DNA of 64,000 bases from Amoebophrya sp. A120 (taxonomy: Eukaryota > Protista > Dinoflagellata), in the NCBI GenBank assembly GCA_905178155.1, contig CAJINV010000002.1, positions 5,141,709 to 5,205,708 of the forward strand, in the 5' to 3' direction. Numbering within the stretch: position 1 is the stretch's first letter; every line of letters begins with the position of its first letter. The translations under genes were made by a program, and so were the position numbers. Positions 12,001 through 22,400 of this stretch are shown here, in pieces. A model generated the notes under the pieces. It had not been told where the DNA came from. It saw only the letters and a program-made list of their open reading frames with translations, and did no database searches.

Positions 12001-14381
12001 GCAATTTATTTTCATACTATAACTACCTTCTTTGAATCCGTTTTTCTGGAAGTCCGCGATGTCCATGATGTCCTTGGCCAAGATGTGCAGTTGATGGGCC
12101 TGACACACGTATTGCAAAATAAACGTCTGCAGAAGGCGGTGTCCACCGGGATTATCCTTGGTCTGTTTGATCCTCTCTAAGTTACACGCATGTGAGTAGA
12201 GGCGCAGTCGTCGGTAGGCCTTCAGGATGTTGCTCCCGGCGTCGGAATGGCAAAGCCAAAAACACAGGGGGTCACCGGGATGATACTTCGTCGTTGCGCC
12301 CGGAAGCGGCGCGAGGTTACCGATGATGGCGTATATGGCGGAAAGCACGTTGTCTGCATCAGATCCGCCTCGTACCCCTTTCGGCGTGTACTGCCGCAGC
12401 CGGACCTTGCCGGGAGTCCCGATCACTCCAAACTCCGCCGTAGCAATGACAAATTCGAGCTGAAAGAAGCCTTCGGTGTCAAAAGTCGTACCGTCAGGTC
12501 CGAGTCGAAAAAAAACCACCTTGCGCGGGGTCGGAGGAGTAATAGACAAACTCAGCTGCTCCTTACGCTTCGCCTGGTCCACGTGAAATAGGAGCACGTC
12601 CTTGCCGCCGTCCTTGATGTTGAAGTCCTTGCCCTTGGCAATCATGTCCCAGCACGCCGTGTTACCTGCGTGAAAGAACGTTAAAGTTTTCAAATGTTCC
12701 ATTTTACCGCGCACGTGGATGACAGTCACTTTTTTAAAATTTTCATCATCACCTCTTGCAATTTTTTTCATCATCGCCTATCGCTCAGCTCCGTATCAGT
12801 TGCAGTCAGTTGCAGTAGCAGTTGCAGTCAGTTGCAGTAGCAGTTGCAGTAGCAGTTGCAGTTCGAATTCCTATTACTAGATTTAAAAAACCAAAAAAAT
12901 TTGTACCGCATATATCGTCGATTTCGTTTCTCATGCCCATTTCGAGCGCGCGGTCATAAGCATCTTCTTTGCGCAGCGCGTACTTCGTGAAGGCGGCGTC
13001 GTCTGCTTTACGCTTTTTCTCCGCGTCCGCTTGCTCAGAAACCACCTCAGCAATTCCTTTGTTGTTCTGCAGCACGCAACCGTGCTCACCTTCCTTCTTA
13101 TCCTTCGACGAGTCCGTGTGCTGCAACCGCGACAAGGCGGAAGACACAAGCTTTGCGTCAAACAGCTGCTGCAAAAACTCGACCTTTTTCCGCGCAGTGA
13201 CGGGAGAACGGCCAATCACGAAACCGACGTACTCGACCTGTTCGTCAGGCGTGAGAGTGGCAAAATACGACCACTCCACGGCGTCTCTCCACTCTTCCTC
13301 CACGAAAGCAGGGCGCTTGTACTTTTTATCGTTGAAGGTGAAGGTCAAGTCCTCGTCTTTCGTTTTTACTTCACCCTCTTCGACCATGACATGGATGGAA
13401 ATCCGGTATCTGATCAAAATTGTTTTTGTTTTTCCTTGATGTTGATGTTGATAATTGTTGCTATTGATTATGAGTGTCATTGTGTATGCGTTTATTTTGA
13501 TCTCGAGGTACAGGCATTCTCACATGCGTCGAGTAAAAGTTTAATCTTGCAACCAAATCTAAATTTCGACCGACCTAGTCTCGAGCTCCTCGATGACAAA
13601 CTCCTGGAGCCGCTTGGTGCGCTGGTACTTGTCGGCCATGACGTCGGCGCGCGCGTTTTTCTCCACCTTCTCCTCCTCGGTATCCATGTCATCGATCAAA
13701 ATGTCGCTTTTCTTGAAAAGACCCTTCTCTTCGTGCGCCGTCTTGCAATACCTGAAAAAAAGTTTTTCATTGTCGTGATGATATTTCTGTTTCAAAAACA
13801 ACAGCCGCACATGTTGACTGAAAATAGAAATTGAAATAGTATGTCTTGCATGATGAACAAAGTCTGCACTACTTCGAATGGTAGACAAAAGAGCACGTCG
13901 AGTTTAAGTAACAATATATGTACTGGCTCCACTTCTTCCGAATTTGTTCCACCGTGGGCACGGGGATCGGCAAGTACTGGGGTCGCAGAAACTCCGCCTC
14001 GTCGCGCGCAAGTTCGGCAAAAACTGTCGCGCCCTCCTTGAGCACGTCGTGCACATGTTCGAATGTGCTGCAAGACCGCACCATATCGAGGATGGGGTAC
14101 TCCAATTCGTCGCGTTTGTAGCAAGTAGTCCCGGCGACCAAGTGCTTGCACTCTTGCGCGGCAAAAATTTCTTTGTTATTTTTGCGCTTCTTGTCCGGTG
14201 GCGGCATCCGGTGCATGCCCTCAATCAAACGTTGCACATGCTCCGAGGATCTCATGTTCTCGTCCTCTATCGTGTGCTCCAACGCCTTGAGGAGCAGGTC
14301 GGCCGGCAGCGAAGGCTGCGCCGACGAAGAGTTAGAGTTCCACATCTTTTTATAATTCTTCATTTTCTCGTCAAAATCCAT
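9084..14381 (-). CDS. hAT-superfamily-like DDE transposase, about 9 exons, ~1,300 aa
   Basis: Approximate exons 14381-13924, 13752-13575, 13408-12907, 12666-12027, 11848-~11413, ~11345-11309, ~11144-10531, 10369-9638, 9483-9084; most junctions are GT-AG with matching phase. Motifs in hAT order: D1 (RLGPDGTT), D2 (HSDAGSNILKA), CxxH (CQAHQLHILAKD), RW (EHRWMT), catalytic E (LSSPCMQYVESLHS, cf. the PxSxxxxERxFS motif). Confidence 0.85.
12796..12862. repeat. (CAGTTG/CAGTAG)n hexamer microsatellite in a transposase intron
   Basis: Seen directly in the sequence. Confidence 0.85.
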
Positions 14382-14425
14382 TTTATTTTTATAAACTTCT
14401 CCCTAGAAAAAGATTTTTTTTTTCC

Positions 14426-14493
14426 AACTGATGCGAAGGGTAAGACAAGCATCAAAAGCAACTGATGCGAAGGGTAAGACAAGCATCAAAAGC
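14426..14493. repeat. perfect 34-bp tandem duplication just upstream of the transposase ATG
   Basis: AACTGATGCGAAGGGTAAGACAAGCATCAAAAGC x2. Confidence 0.9.
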
Positions 14494-15270
14494 AAATGAA
14501 TCGAAAAGGAAAACCAAAAGCAAAACGACAACTTCCAGCCAGATGATCCTCTTCATGCTTTGATCAATCCATCACGACAGATCTTGGAGCTTTGATCGAG
14601 ATCACTTCGTGTTTGGATCCAGGAACAAAATCATCAAAACCGTTGTCATCCATCTTGCGCGAAAAACGAAACCGTCATCATCTATCTTGCGCAAACTAAC
14701 GCGACGAAAACAAGAGCAGGAGAGTCGAACAAGCTTTCTTCTGCATGAGATCTTTTCTGTTTCGCGCCCCAGACTCTGCGCATCTACTTAGTTTTCTCCT
14801 GTGCGTTTTGCTTTTACTTTCTGCTTCTCATTCTATTTATATTTTCTACTTCTACTTCTGCTTTCTCTTCTACTTTCTACTTCTCCTCCCCGAAACTCAT
14901 GCTCGACATAGCAGCGTCGTGGCCGCTCCTGCTGTGGCTATCCCCTTGGTTGGGTCGCTCCTGATATTGTTGTTTTTTTCTCATTAACATTGACATTCTC
15001 TTTATACGCGAAAGACATCATCGGAGGCGCATATGTAAAATCTCAAACTCAAAGTCAAAACCAAAAGCCAAAAGCATTGCAACTCTGAAAATGCGGACGA
15101 CTCAAACGCTCCGCTATCATAATGATCAGCTCAATGAAACAACAAAAACATAACCTGCTTTCCCCTTCTAGTTCTCTGCCATTCGTGTGCTTCGCCTTTC
15201 GCTTTTCACTTCCAGCCTGCTATAACTGAAACGCATTTCCACAAACCCGCCATAGCTGAAGCCGCATAGT

Positions 15271-15310
15271 TCGAATAGTTGTGGTTTTGTAATAAACCAC
15301 AACTATTCGA
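15271..15310 (-). other. putative tyrosine-recombinase target site, right (spacer TGTAAT, inverted relative to the left site)
   Basis: TCGAATAGTTGTGGTTT-TGTAAT-AAACCACAACTATTCGA. Confidence 0.6.
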
Positions 15311-15651
15311 AATTTTAGCTCGGTGTAGAGGAACTCGCATTTTCCGGAAATGAAGGTTTGTTTTGCTCGGTTGAAGTTGTTTTGCTCGGTTGGTGATATT
15401 TTGGTTTTCGGTGTTTAGAATGTTGGTTCGGTGGATCAGTGAAGTCGGTGGCTCAGATAGAATCCGTGCTCTTCAGAAAGCAGTTCTGCGTTCTCAAGAA
15501 TTTAGTTTTTGCATCACAAAGAAATGTTTTCTCCATGACAAAAAATTGTTTTCATGACAATCGAAATCGGTTTTTGCATTTTGGAAAATGAAAAATACGG
15601 CTCAGAAAATGCAATAGTTAATACTGAACTTTTGTACTTTGTCCATTCATA
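15271..15651 (-). repeat. right terminal inverted repeat (381 bp)
   Basis: Reverse complement of 792-1172. Confidence 0.96.
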
Positions 15652-15659
15652 AGGCAGTA
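15652..15659. repeat. right target-site duplication AGGCAGTA
   Basis: Identical to 784-791. Confidence 0.93.
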
Positions 15660-16486
15660 GCAGTAGAGGAGCCAACGCGACGACACGGAAGCGACTTTCG
15701 GTGAAAGAACGCGACGAGCTGTCGACTCCGCTCGCTAGGTTTTGTTACACGCTCCCGGCGTATCGAATTCGTGTATTTTATTTCCGATTATTCGCAAGAA
15801 GTTGAAGTTGAAGTACCCTGTCCCTGTCGTGCAGGTTCTTTTCCTCTGATTTGCCCTTCTGACAACTTGCCAAAAGTTAGTACTTATCTCCAGCGCATCG
15901 GTGCAAGAAATTGGCTACGGGTTCGCCCTCGGTGAATAAATGAAAATCCGCTACTGTGGGTATTGTGATCGGTTTCGTACTTGCGTATGCAGGAAACAAG
16001 CACTAAAGTAGTTCGTCATCTGCCACACAACGCAGTTGGTCTTTCGCTTTTCTTGAATCTTCGGAAGCACGTTACACTCGCTAGTCCTCGTCTTCGGGCT
16101 CTCTCTTTCGGTCACGAGCAAGCGCGTCCTGTGTAAACGCTTGCGCCTTTGCTTTGTGTTTCTTTCGGTCACGAGACGTTTGGACCGTAAGCATGCAGGA
16201 GAGCAGCTTCGGATCATGTGACTTTGTTTCAAACAGGTTACGTACTGAACCCCCCATTACGTAGCTAGCACGAGAAAAATTGAAGATGGTTCATTGCATC
16301 TCCCCATGATTTTTTGAATAAAGTAGAAGTCCAAACATTTTTATCGATATTGGGTCTGAACCTGAAGAAGCCACCATCAAGAGGGAAGATCTCTACTATC
16401 CCAAGTAGAGGTTTTTATTTCTCATCAACACAGGAACCTTGCGTCGTCATTGCTTGCAACTACTGATCCACCTGCAAAAATAAACC

Positions 16487-19400
16487 ATGGCTGGTTACCT
16501 ACTGCGTGGGAGCAGCTGCGCGGAGGCGGATCAGCGAAGAATGCGTCCTTCTTTCCGACATTGGATGATTTTGTGCTGTGTCCGGGGCGGCCTGGATCTG
16601 ATTGGCACGCAGATGGAATCTACCGGTGTGGCGACCGTGCGTGTTCTTGCCGCGCAGAGCAGCACGAGGAAGTCGATGAATTCTCCTGCGTCGACTATGT
16701 TGACCCGGGATCAGCAACAAGGGGAGCCTAAAAATCCTTCGGCTGAAAAAGAAAAAGTTGGAGAGGCGCTGAAGACGGAACAAGAGCAGAACCGACTCCC
16801 GCAAGCAGTGCCGGGTTCATCGCGAGATGATTTGCATCACGGTGGTTCTGGTACCCGCAACGGGCCGTCTCAACATTCGCCCTCTGCCTCCGTCTTGCAA
16901 ACCACAAAGAACAAAATGAATCCTGATGCTGGAGCAGGAAAAGGCGAAGCCGGGTCCTTGGGCCCCCACTCTGTGCAGCAACGGGTTGAAAAGAAAAACC
17001 TTAATCTTGTTCTTCCCGAAAAGCCAACCTCCTCGCTGGCAAAACGCACGGAAAGCAAGTCAAGATCGGAGTTTGGGGAGAATGTTTCGTCTGCAGCGGT
17101 GCCTGCTCAAGAAAACAAACTGGTGCAAGTGCGACAACTACCTTCTTCGACCTCGTCGTTTCTCGGTAAGCAAGACAACTGTTGTGGTGCTCCGGAAGAT
17201 AAAGGTGAAAGAGACCGCTGGGCCGCGCGTCAGCAGATGAACAACGCCGGGGGAGGAGTTCCCGCAGCGCAAGAGTCACGTTCTGTGCCAACAAGTCCCA
17301 ACGCTCGTATTCCTCCGGATAGCATCAACATGCTGGACGGCGGTGGTGGCGTTGCCCCCAGAAAGGTGGTTCCGCCACCGCCACCACGGACTCGGGTTGC
17401 GAGTACACAAGGTGGTGACGATCCTACTGCCCGAGGAGGCGGAGTGTCGACTGACGATCCGCGAGACGCCGGTGGCCCTGGCGGGAACCTCCGCGGGACT
17501 CTGCCTGTTGACGATCCGTACGTGGGAGCAGGGGCTGGACCGCAAGTGCCGCGCCCGCGCCCGAAAGTGGCTGCGAAGTGGCCCGCGCGGCTAGGAGTGC
17601 GTCGCCGGGACGCCGCGAGGGGTACGGGAGGCGACCCCGCCCACAGTAGCATCGGGGCTCATCACCAACGGTCAGAGCTACCCGACGGCCCGGGACACGA
17701 CACAAGCACTCTGATGGACCAGGAAACGCCGGCGGGGCCCGGCAGCGCGGAGCACAAGACAAAACGTGACGGCGGGGGCTTCAACATCCCCGGGGTCCCA
17801 AAGATCGGGCTTCCTACGGGTCTCCCTCGCCTCGCGGTCTCTGGCCGAAAATCTCCCGCACCCGTCCCACCCGAGACCGGCGCGTCAGCTCATGATGCCA
17901 TGGAAGCACCAGACATTGTGGATGAGAAGCTGGTTCTGCCGGACGAGGCGGCTTTCGCCCCTCGGCCGGTCGACGGGCTGCCCACGGAGGAGGTGCCGGA
18001 AACTATGGTGCAGGAGCTGGGGCATGCGGAAGCAAAGGCAGACGGAGACGTGGGATTGAAAGACGTGCTTTTAACATTCCAGCCTCCGCGTGGAGGTGGA
18101 GGGTGGGCGTCCACCGCGTACCGGATGGCACGTGGGCGCCAGCGGCCAACCGAAAACGTGGTGGATTTGGTTCCAGTTGAGCCCGACCGTGTTCCTCGTT
18201 TATTACCTGCTCCGTTGGAATATCCAGATCCAAAGGAAGAGGAACCCAAAACAATCGAGGGCGAAGCTTTGCTGCCTATCCACCTCCAGCATGCTTCGTC
18301 GCCCTTGCCTAAGAGCATCCTCGATAGTCAGCTGCTGCAATCTTTTGAAAACAGGGTTACATCCTCGGCCGCGGCGTTGAAGCTGTACCAAATAACCTTC
18401 GGTGGCAGTGGTCGTGCTCAAGGGGGCACTGGTCAGACCGTTGGTGGTTTGCATCTCGAAGGGTGGATTGAAGACGACGAGGACTTGGGCAGCGATTTCC
18501 AAGGCCGCATTGTAGAGCAGAAAGAGATATTGAATCTGAAACTGCCCGGCGATCATGAAAACCAAAAAATCTCTGGGCCTTTCATGGTCAAGATCGAGTA
18601 TGCCAAAAAGGGCACGACTGGAGACCAAGAAGGCGGGCTGATTAAGAGCCGCTGGTTCAAAGTCGTTGGCTACGATGGAGGCGTGCGCACGGATTCCGAA
18701 GCTTGGAAGGTGGTGGGGAGAGATTACAAGGTTTGGAAGTTATTACGAGACGAAGCACAAAGCCGTTGCCATTCTTCAGCGACGCCCAAAGCGGTTTCGC
18801 AGGACACGTGGGAGGAGATGAGTAGCGGATACCGGCGCTATCGAAGCGACCACGGGAAGGAGGCTGTTGTTGCGCATTATATCATTACTCAGCTCGCAGC
18901 TACGACGTCATGGCGCCACGCTTTTCTTGTCGCTGCACCCACGGTGGATGCGACCCAAGTGAGGCTAAGAGATGACGGGCGCGGGACCAAGACGAGGTGC
19001 AGTTATCAGGGCAAGTCAGAAGGTGGCGTTCAAAGCCCGGCGCGTGAGTTTGTTATCGACATGCCACTCAGCGACATCCGCAAAGATGTCGGGGGGGATA
19101 TGGTGGCGACTGAAGATGGAGGACACCACCTCGACGCGAAAATTGTGGGCCAATATCAACTTGACCTCGCCTCTGATGACGGGGGCGCACAGCCTTTTGT
19201 GTACAATCTGGAGGCAGCGATCGACGACGAGGATTTTTTGAGTGAAAAACATGTTCGACAAGAAGTCCGCGTCTTAGAGGTCACCTCCAGAAGTGACCCT
19301 GATAAAAAACCAGAGCAAGGGTCTGCTACGGACCCGTTCTGGGTCAAGATCGAGATGAAGTACACTGGCGGACGCTTCAACTCGTCATTTCGAAAGAACA

Positions 19401-22400
19401 CCAAGAAAAACACGTGGTTCAAGGTAGTTGGCGCGTTTCATAATAATAAGCGGGGCGATTCCCAAGGGACCTTTTGGAGATTGTATGTGTCTGTGCTTCA
19501 TGCGTTCAGTAACGTCAGGCCGCACCAGCGCTATGTTTTATTCGCCGGGCAACTTATTGCTGCGGCAGCCCCGCCTCTTCCCCGGTCTGTGTTGTTGCCC
19601 TGTGGCCACTGCCTGGGCTACATTATTCGCGTGTATGTTCGCATTGACATTAGGTAGTACGTCAATGGCGGGTGCTGGGCTTTGGTGAGGTCTCCGTAGC
19701 TGGAACCTGCTCAGTGCATATCCGCGGTTCTCCGAGCGACGACGACGTGCAGCGGAAGGCAGCAAGCCTCGTCAGGCGCACGCTGTGGACCAATTTACGC
19801 AAGGCGTGTCGGCGGCACCTTTTAGCACATTGCAGGCGAGTCAGTCGTGCTGCTTGAAATAAGTGCCATCCGTTTATTAAGTTTCTTTTCATCGTTGCGA
19901 TTTTTGTCGTGCGCCTCTCGCCAGCTGCCCGTCAGTGACTAGCTGTCTTCCAGCAGCGCTTATTTGCATGATCTTGTTGCTGTGGGTCGGCGTCAAGCTA
20001 TAACAAACTCGGATGCATGTAGTAGCCTGCATTCCTCCCTGGCTGAGAAAAAGAAGAAGAGCTGCCCACCTGCAGCCTTTGCTGGGTGCAGTCGAGGTGC
20101 GGATTTTCATTTTTACATGTCTATCTGGACTTTTAGGCGCTCCGCCCACGCACTTCCATATGCAGCAGACCAGATCGCGACGAGGTCGGTCCAAAACCCA
20201 AAGAAGGCGAAGTGGTACAATATGGAATTTGTAGGACTTGGGATTAGCCACCAAGACAAGAAGATGCATGTGGAGGCGGACAAGGTGAAGCGCATTGCGA
20301 GCGCGGCAGACGGAGCGATGGCCGGGACCGGGAGTGGCAGCGCCGGTGAAGCGGGACACGCGGAGCGCCCTGCGAGCGCGCCAGCACTGGCAGGAGGCGC
20401 GGGTGAGGCCATGCCTACACAGCCGACGAAAGAAGAAGCTGTCGAAAAGATGCGCGAAGGCGAAGTGGATAAGAAATATGTACTCGCACAACATGGTACG
20501 CTGACTGCCGAAGACGATGCCTCCTCCAAACAGGCGACGTTTAGCTACAACAAAGCCGCAGCGCAAGAAGCTGGGCAACCACAAAAAACTAAAACTCTGC
20601 CTCTTGACTTTAACGTGCCGATACGTGACTTTGTCGCCACTGCTTCGACAAGTGTCAGAATGACGAAACTGTACCAAATAAAGTTCTCACCCGAAATAGG
20701 AAAGCAGTTTGAGCGGGTCCACGGCCTCAACTTGGAGGGGTGGATTGACCGCGAGGATGCGGAGATCCCAGCGCGTATCCTGGAGGTCAAGCGCGCGCGG
20801 GAAGAGCCCAGTGAAGTGCCTGGAGTTGGTGGCGAGATGAAGGACCACTTTCTGGTGCAGATCGAGTTCGGAAGGCCGGCAGACGGGCAGACGCACGCAT
20901 CTTTGTTCGAGGTCGTTGGACTTTTTGGGCGGCCAAATGGAAAGAGGAGTCCGCCTGTTGGCCCCGATCCATTAGGATCGTGGAACGAGTATGAGAATTT
21001 TCTCCATTGGCTTGGCGGAGCCACGCTTTGCGAGGGTTCACTTTGCGATGCCTCTTTCGATTGATCCGAACGGCGGAGAGGCTTTGCCGCTGAACAACCA
21101 AATCAATGGGCTCCTTCATCTAGGATTTAAATGTCTGTTTGCTGTGCCTGCAGGTCGCCGCTGCTTGCCTCAAAGAAGGGCGCGCGCGTTTTGTATTTGT
21201 AGGCATAAAAAAAAGAGCGGCTGGCGCAGAAGGGCAGCTGCGCCAAAGAAGTGTGGCATCGCCTCGGCAGACAAGCAAGTGAAACCCTCGCAAGGAATGG
21301 TCGTAGCGTTCACCACCAGATTTTCTATTCTATATTCGCGGCTTACATGATGATGATCATGATTTGCTCTTCAAGATCGCAGAAGCAGTTGCGCAGGAAG
21401 AAGCTGCGCAGGAACACAAAAGCGCACCCTCGTACATAAATTACGGCTTCCTCAATGATCACGACGGTGCAACGTATCTGGAACACGAGGTGTATTACTA
21501 CCGCGTAGAACTAGAAGCCGAGGAGAAGGACGGCAAGGAGGCGGTGGCGCCGCGCAGTGTCTTGGCCAGACAGGTAAGTACTTTTTACTTAGCTAAAGGT
21601 GATGCATTTACCTGGAGCACATAATTAATGGCTCGTTTTTGCAAGTGTCATTTCTCCTGACATGCTTGTAGGGGGATTGATAAGAAAACTAGTAGGGCCT
21701 ACTAGTTTGCTAAACAATATATAAGGTCCATTATAGCCGACTCGGAAAAGAAGTAAGGTTTTGAAGCCTTAACCTAAAGTTCTGCGACCTGGACTGACGC
21801 CTTCACTGAAGTTAAACCCTAACTGAAGGCTTCAAAGCCTTAGCTTCTGGCATCTTAGCCGAGTCTTGTCCTTAATAGTCTGAGGCCTAGCTTACTAGTT
21901 CGTTTCTTCATCGTCTTCATCATTTAAAGGCAAATCTCATCCAATGCCCGCGTCAGCAAGACCGAAAGTACAAAGACGTACGCACTTTTTTGTTTTTTGT
22001 TCAGGGTCGTGGCGGCCGCCTTCAGCACAAGAAGAAGGTGCTTGACACTCCGGCTCCGCAGGTAGTCCCGGCGGAAGATGTTACTTTTGGTCCCCGGACA
22101 ATCGGTTCAACTTCAAGTACGCCGCTGGAAACTACCTTTGAATACGAGGCAGATATTCACATAGGGACGGAAGAGGTGAGTTTAACAAGTGTCCCCCCTT
22201 CAGCTGCCAATGGGAGGAAGCTAACCCTGGGTTTTTCGCACAAGGGACAGCCCGGTGTTGTGCTGGACTTCGTCCCTGACCTGCCGGAAGGACCAACAAC
22301 GATTGAGGGTGAAGCTCTGCAATTTGGAGGCCCGCTGCTGCCGCCGGAAGGAGGGACAGTTCCGGCCGCGGCGGTGAAGCTGTACCGAATAAGCCTGGCG

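Larger units (their letters stand above)
792..15651 (-). mobile_element. giant (14.86 kb) hAT-like cut-and-paste DNA transposon carrying a tyrosine recombinase and an orphan cargo gene
   Basis: 381-bp TIRs (TATGAATGGAC.../...GTCCATTCATA), 8-bp TSD, and an internal spliced transposase with hAT motifs. Confidence 0.93.

Noticed and set aside
792-15651. Polinton/Maverick, virophage or other endogenous virus
   Set aside because: Size and long TIRs fit, but no DNA polymerase B, packaging ATPase, protease or capsid motifs were recognised. The genes are intron-rich and the TSD is 8 bp rather than 6 bp.
783-15659. 9-bp TSD (AAGGCAGTA), i.e. a Mutator-type element
   Set aside because: A 9-bp reading requires asymmetric ends. 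The TIR pairs perfectly as 792/15651 with an 8-bp TSD, and the RW and E motifs are hAT-like. Not fully excluded, since long TIRs and CxxH also occur in MULEs.
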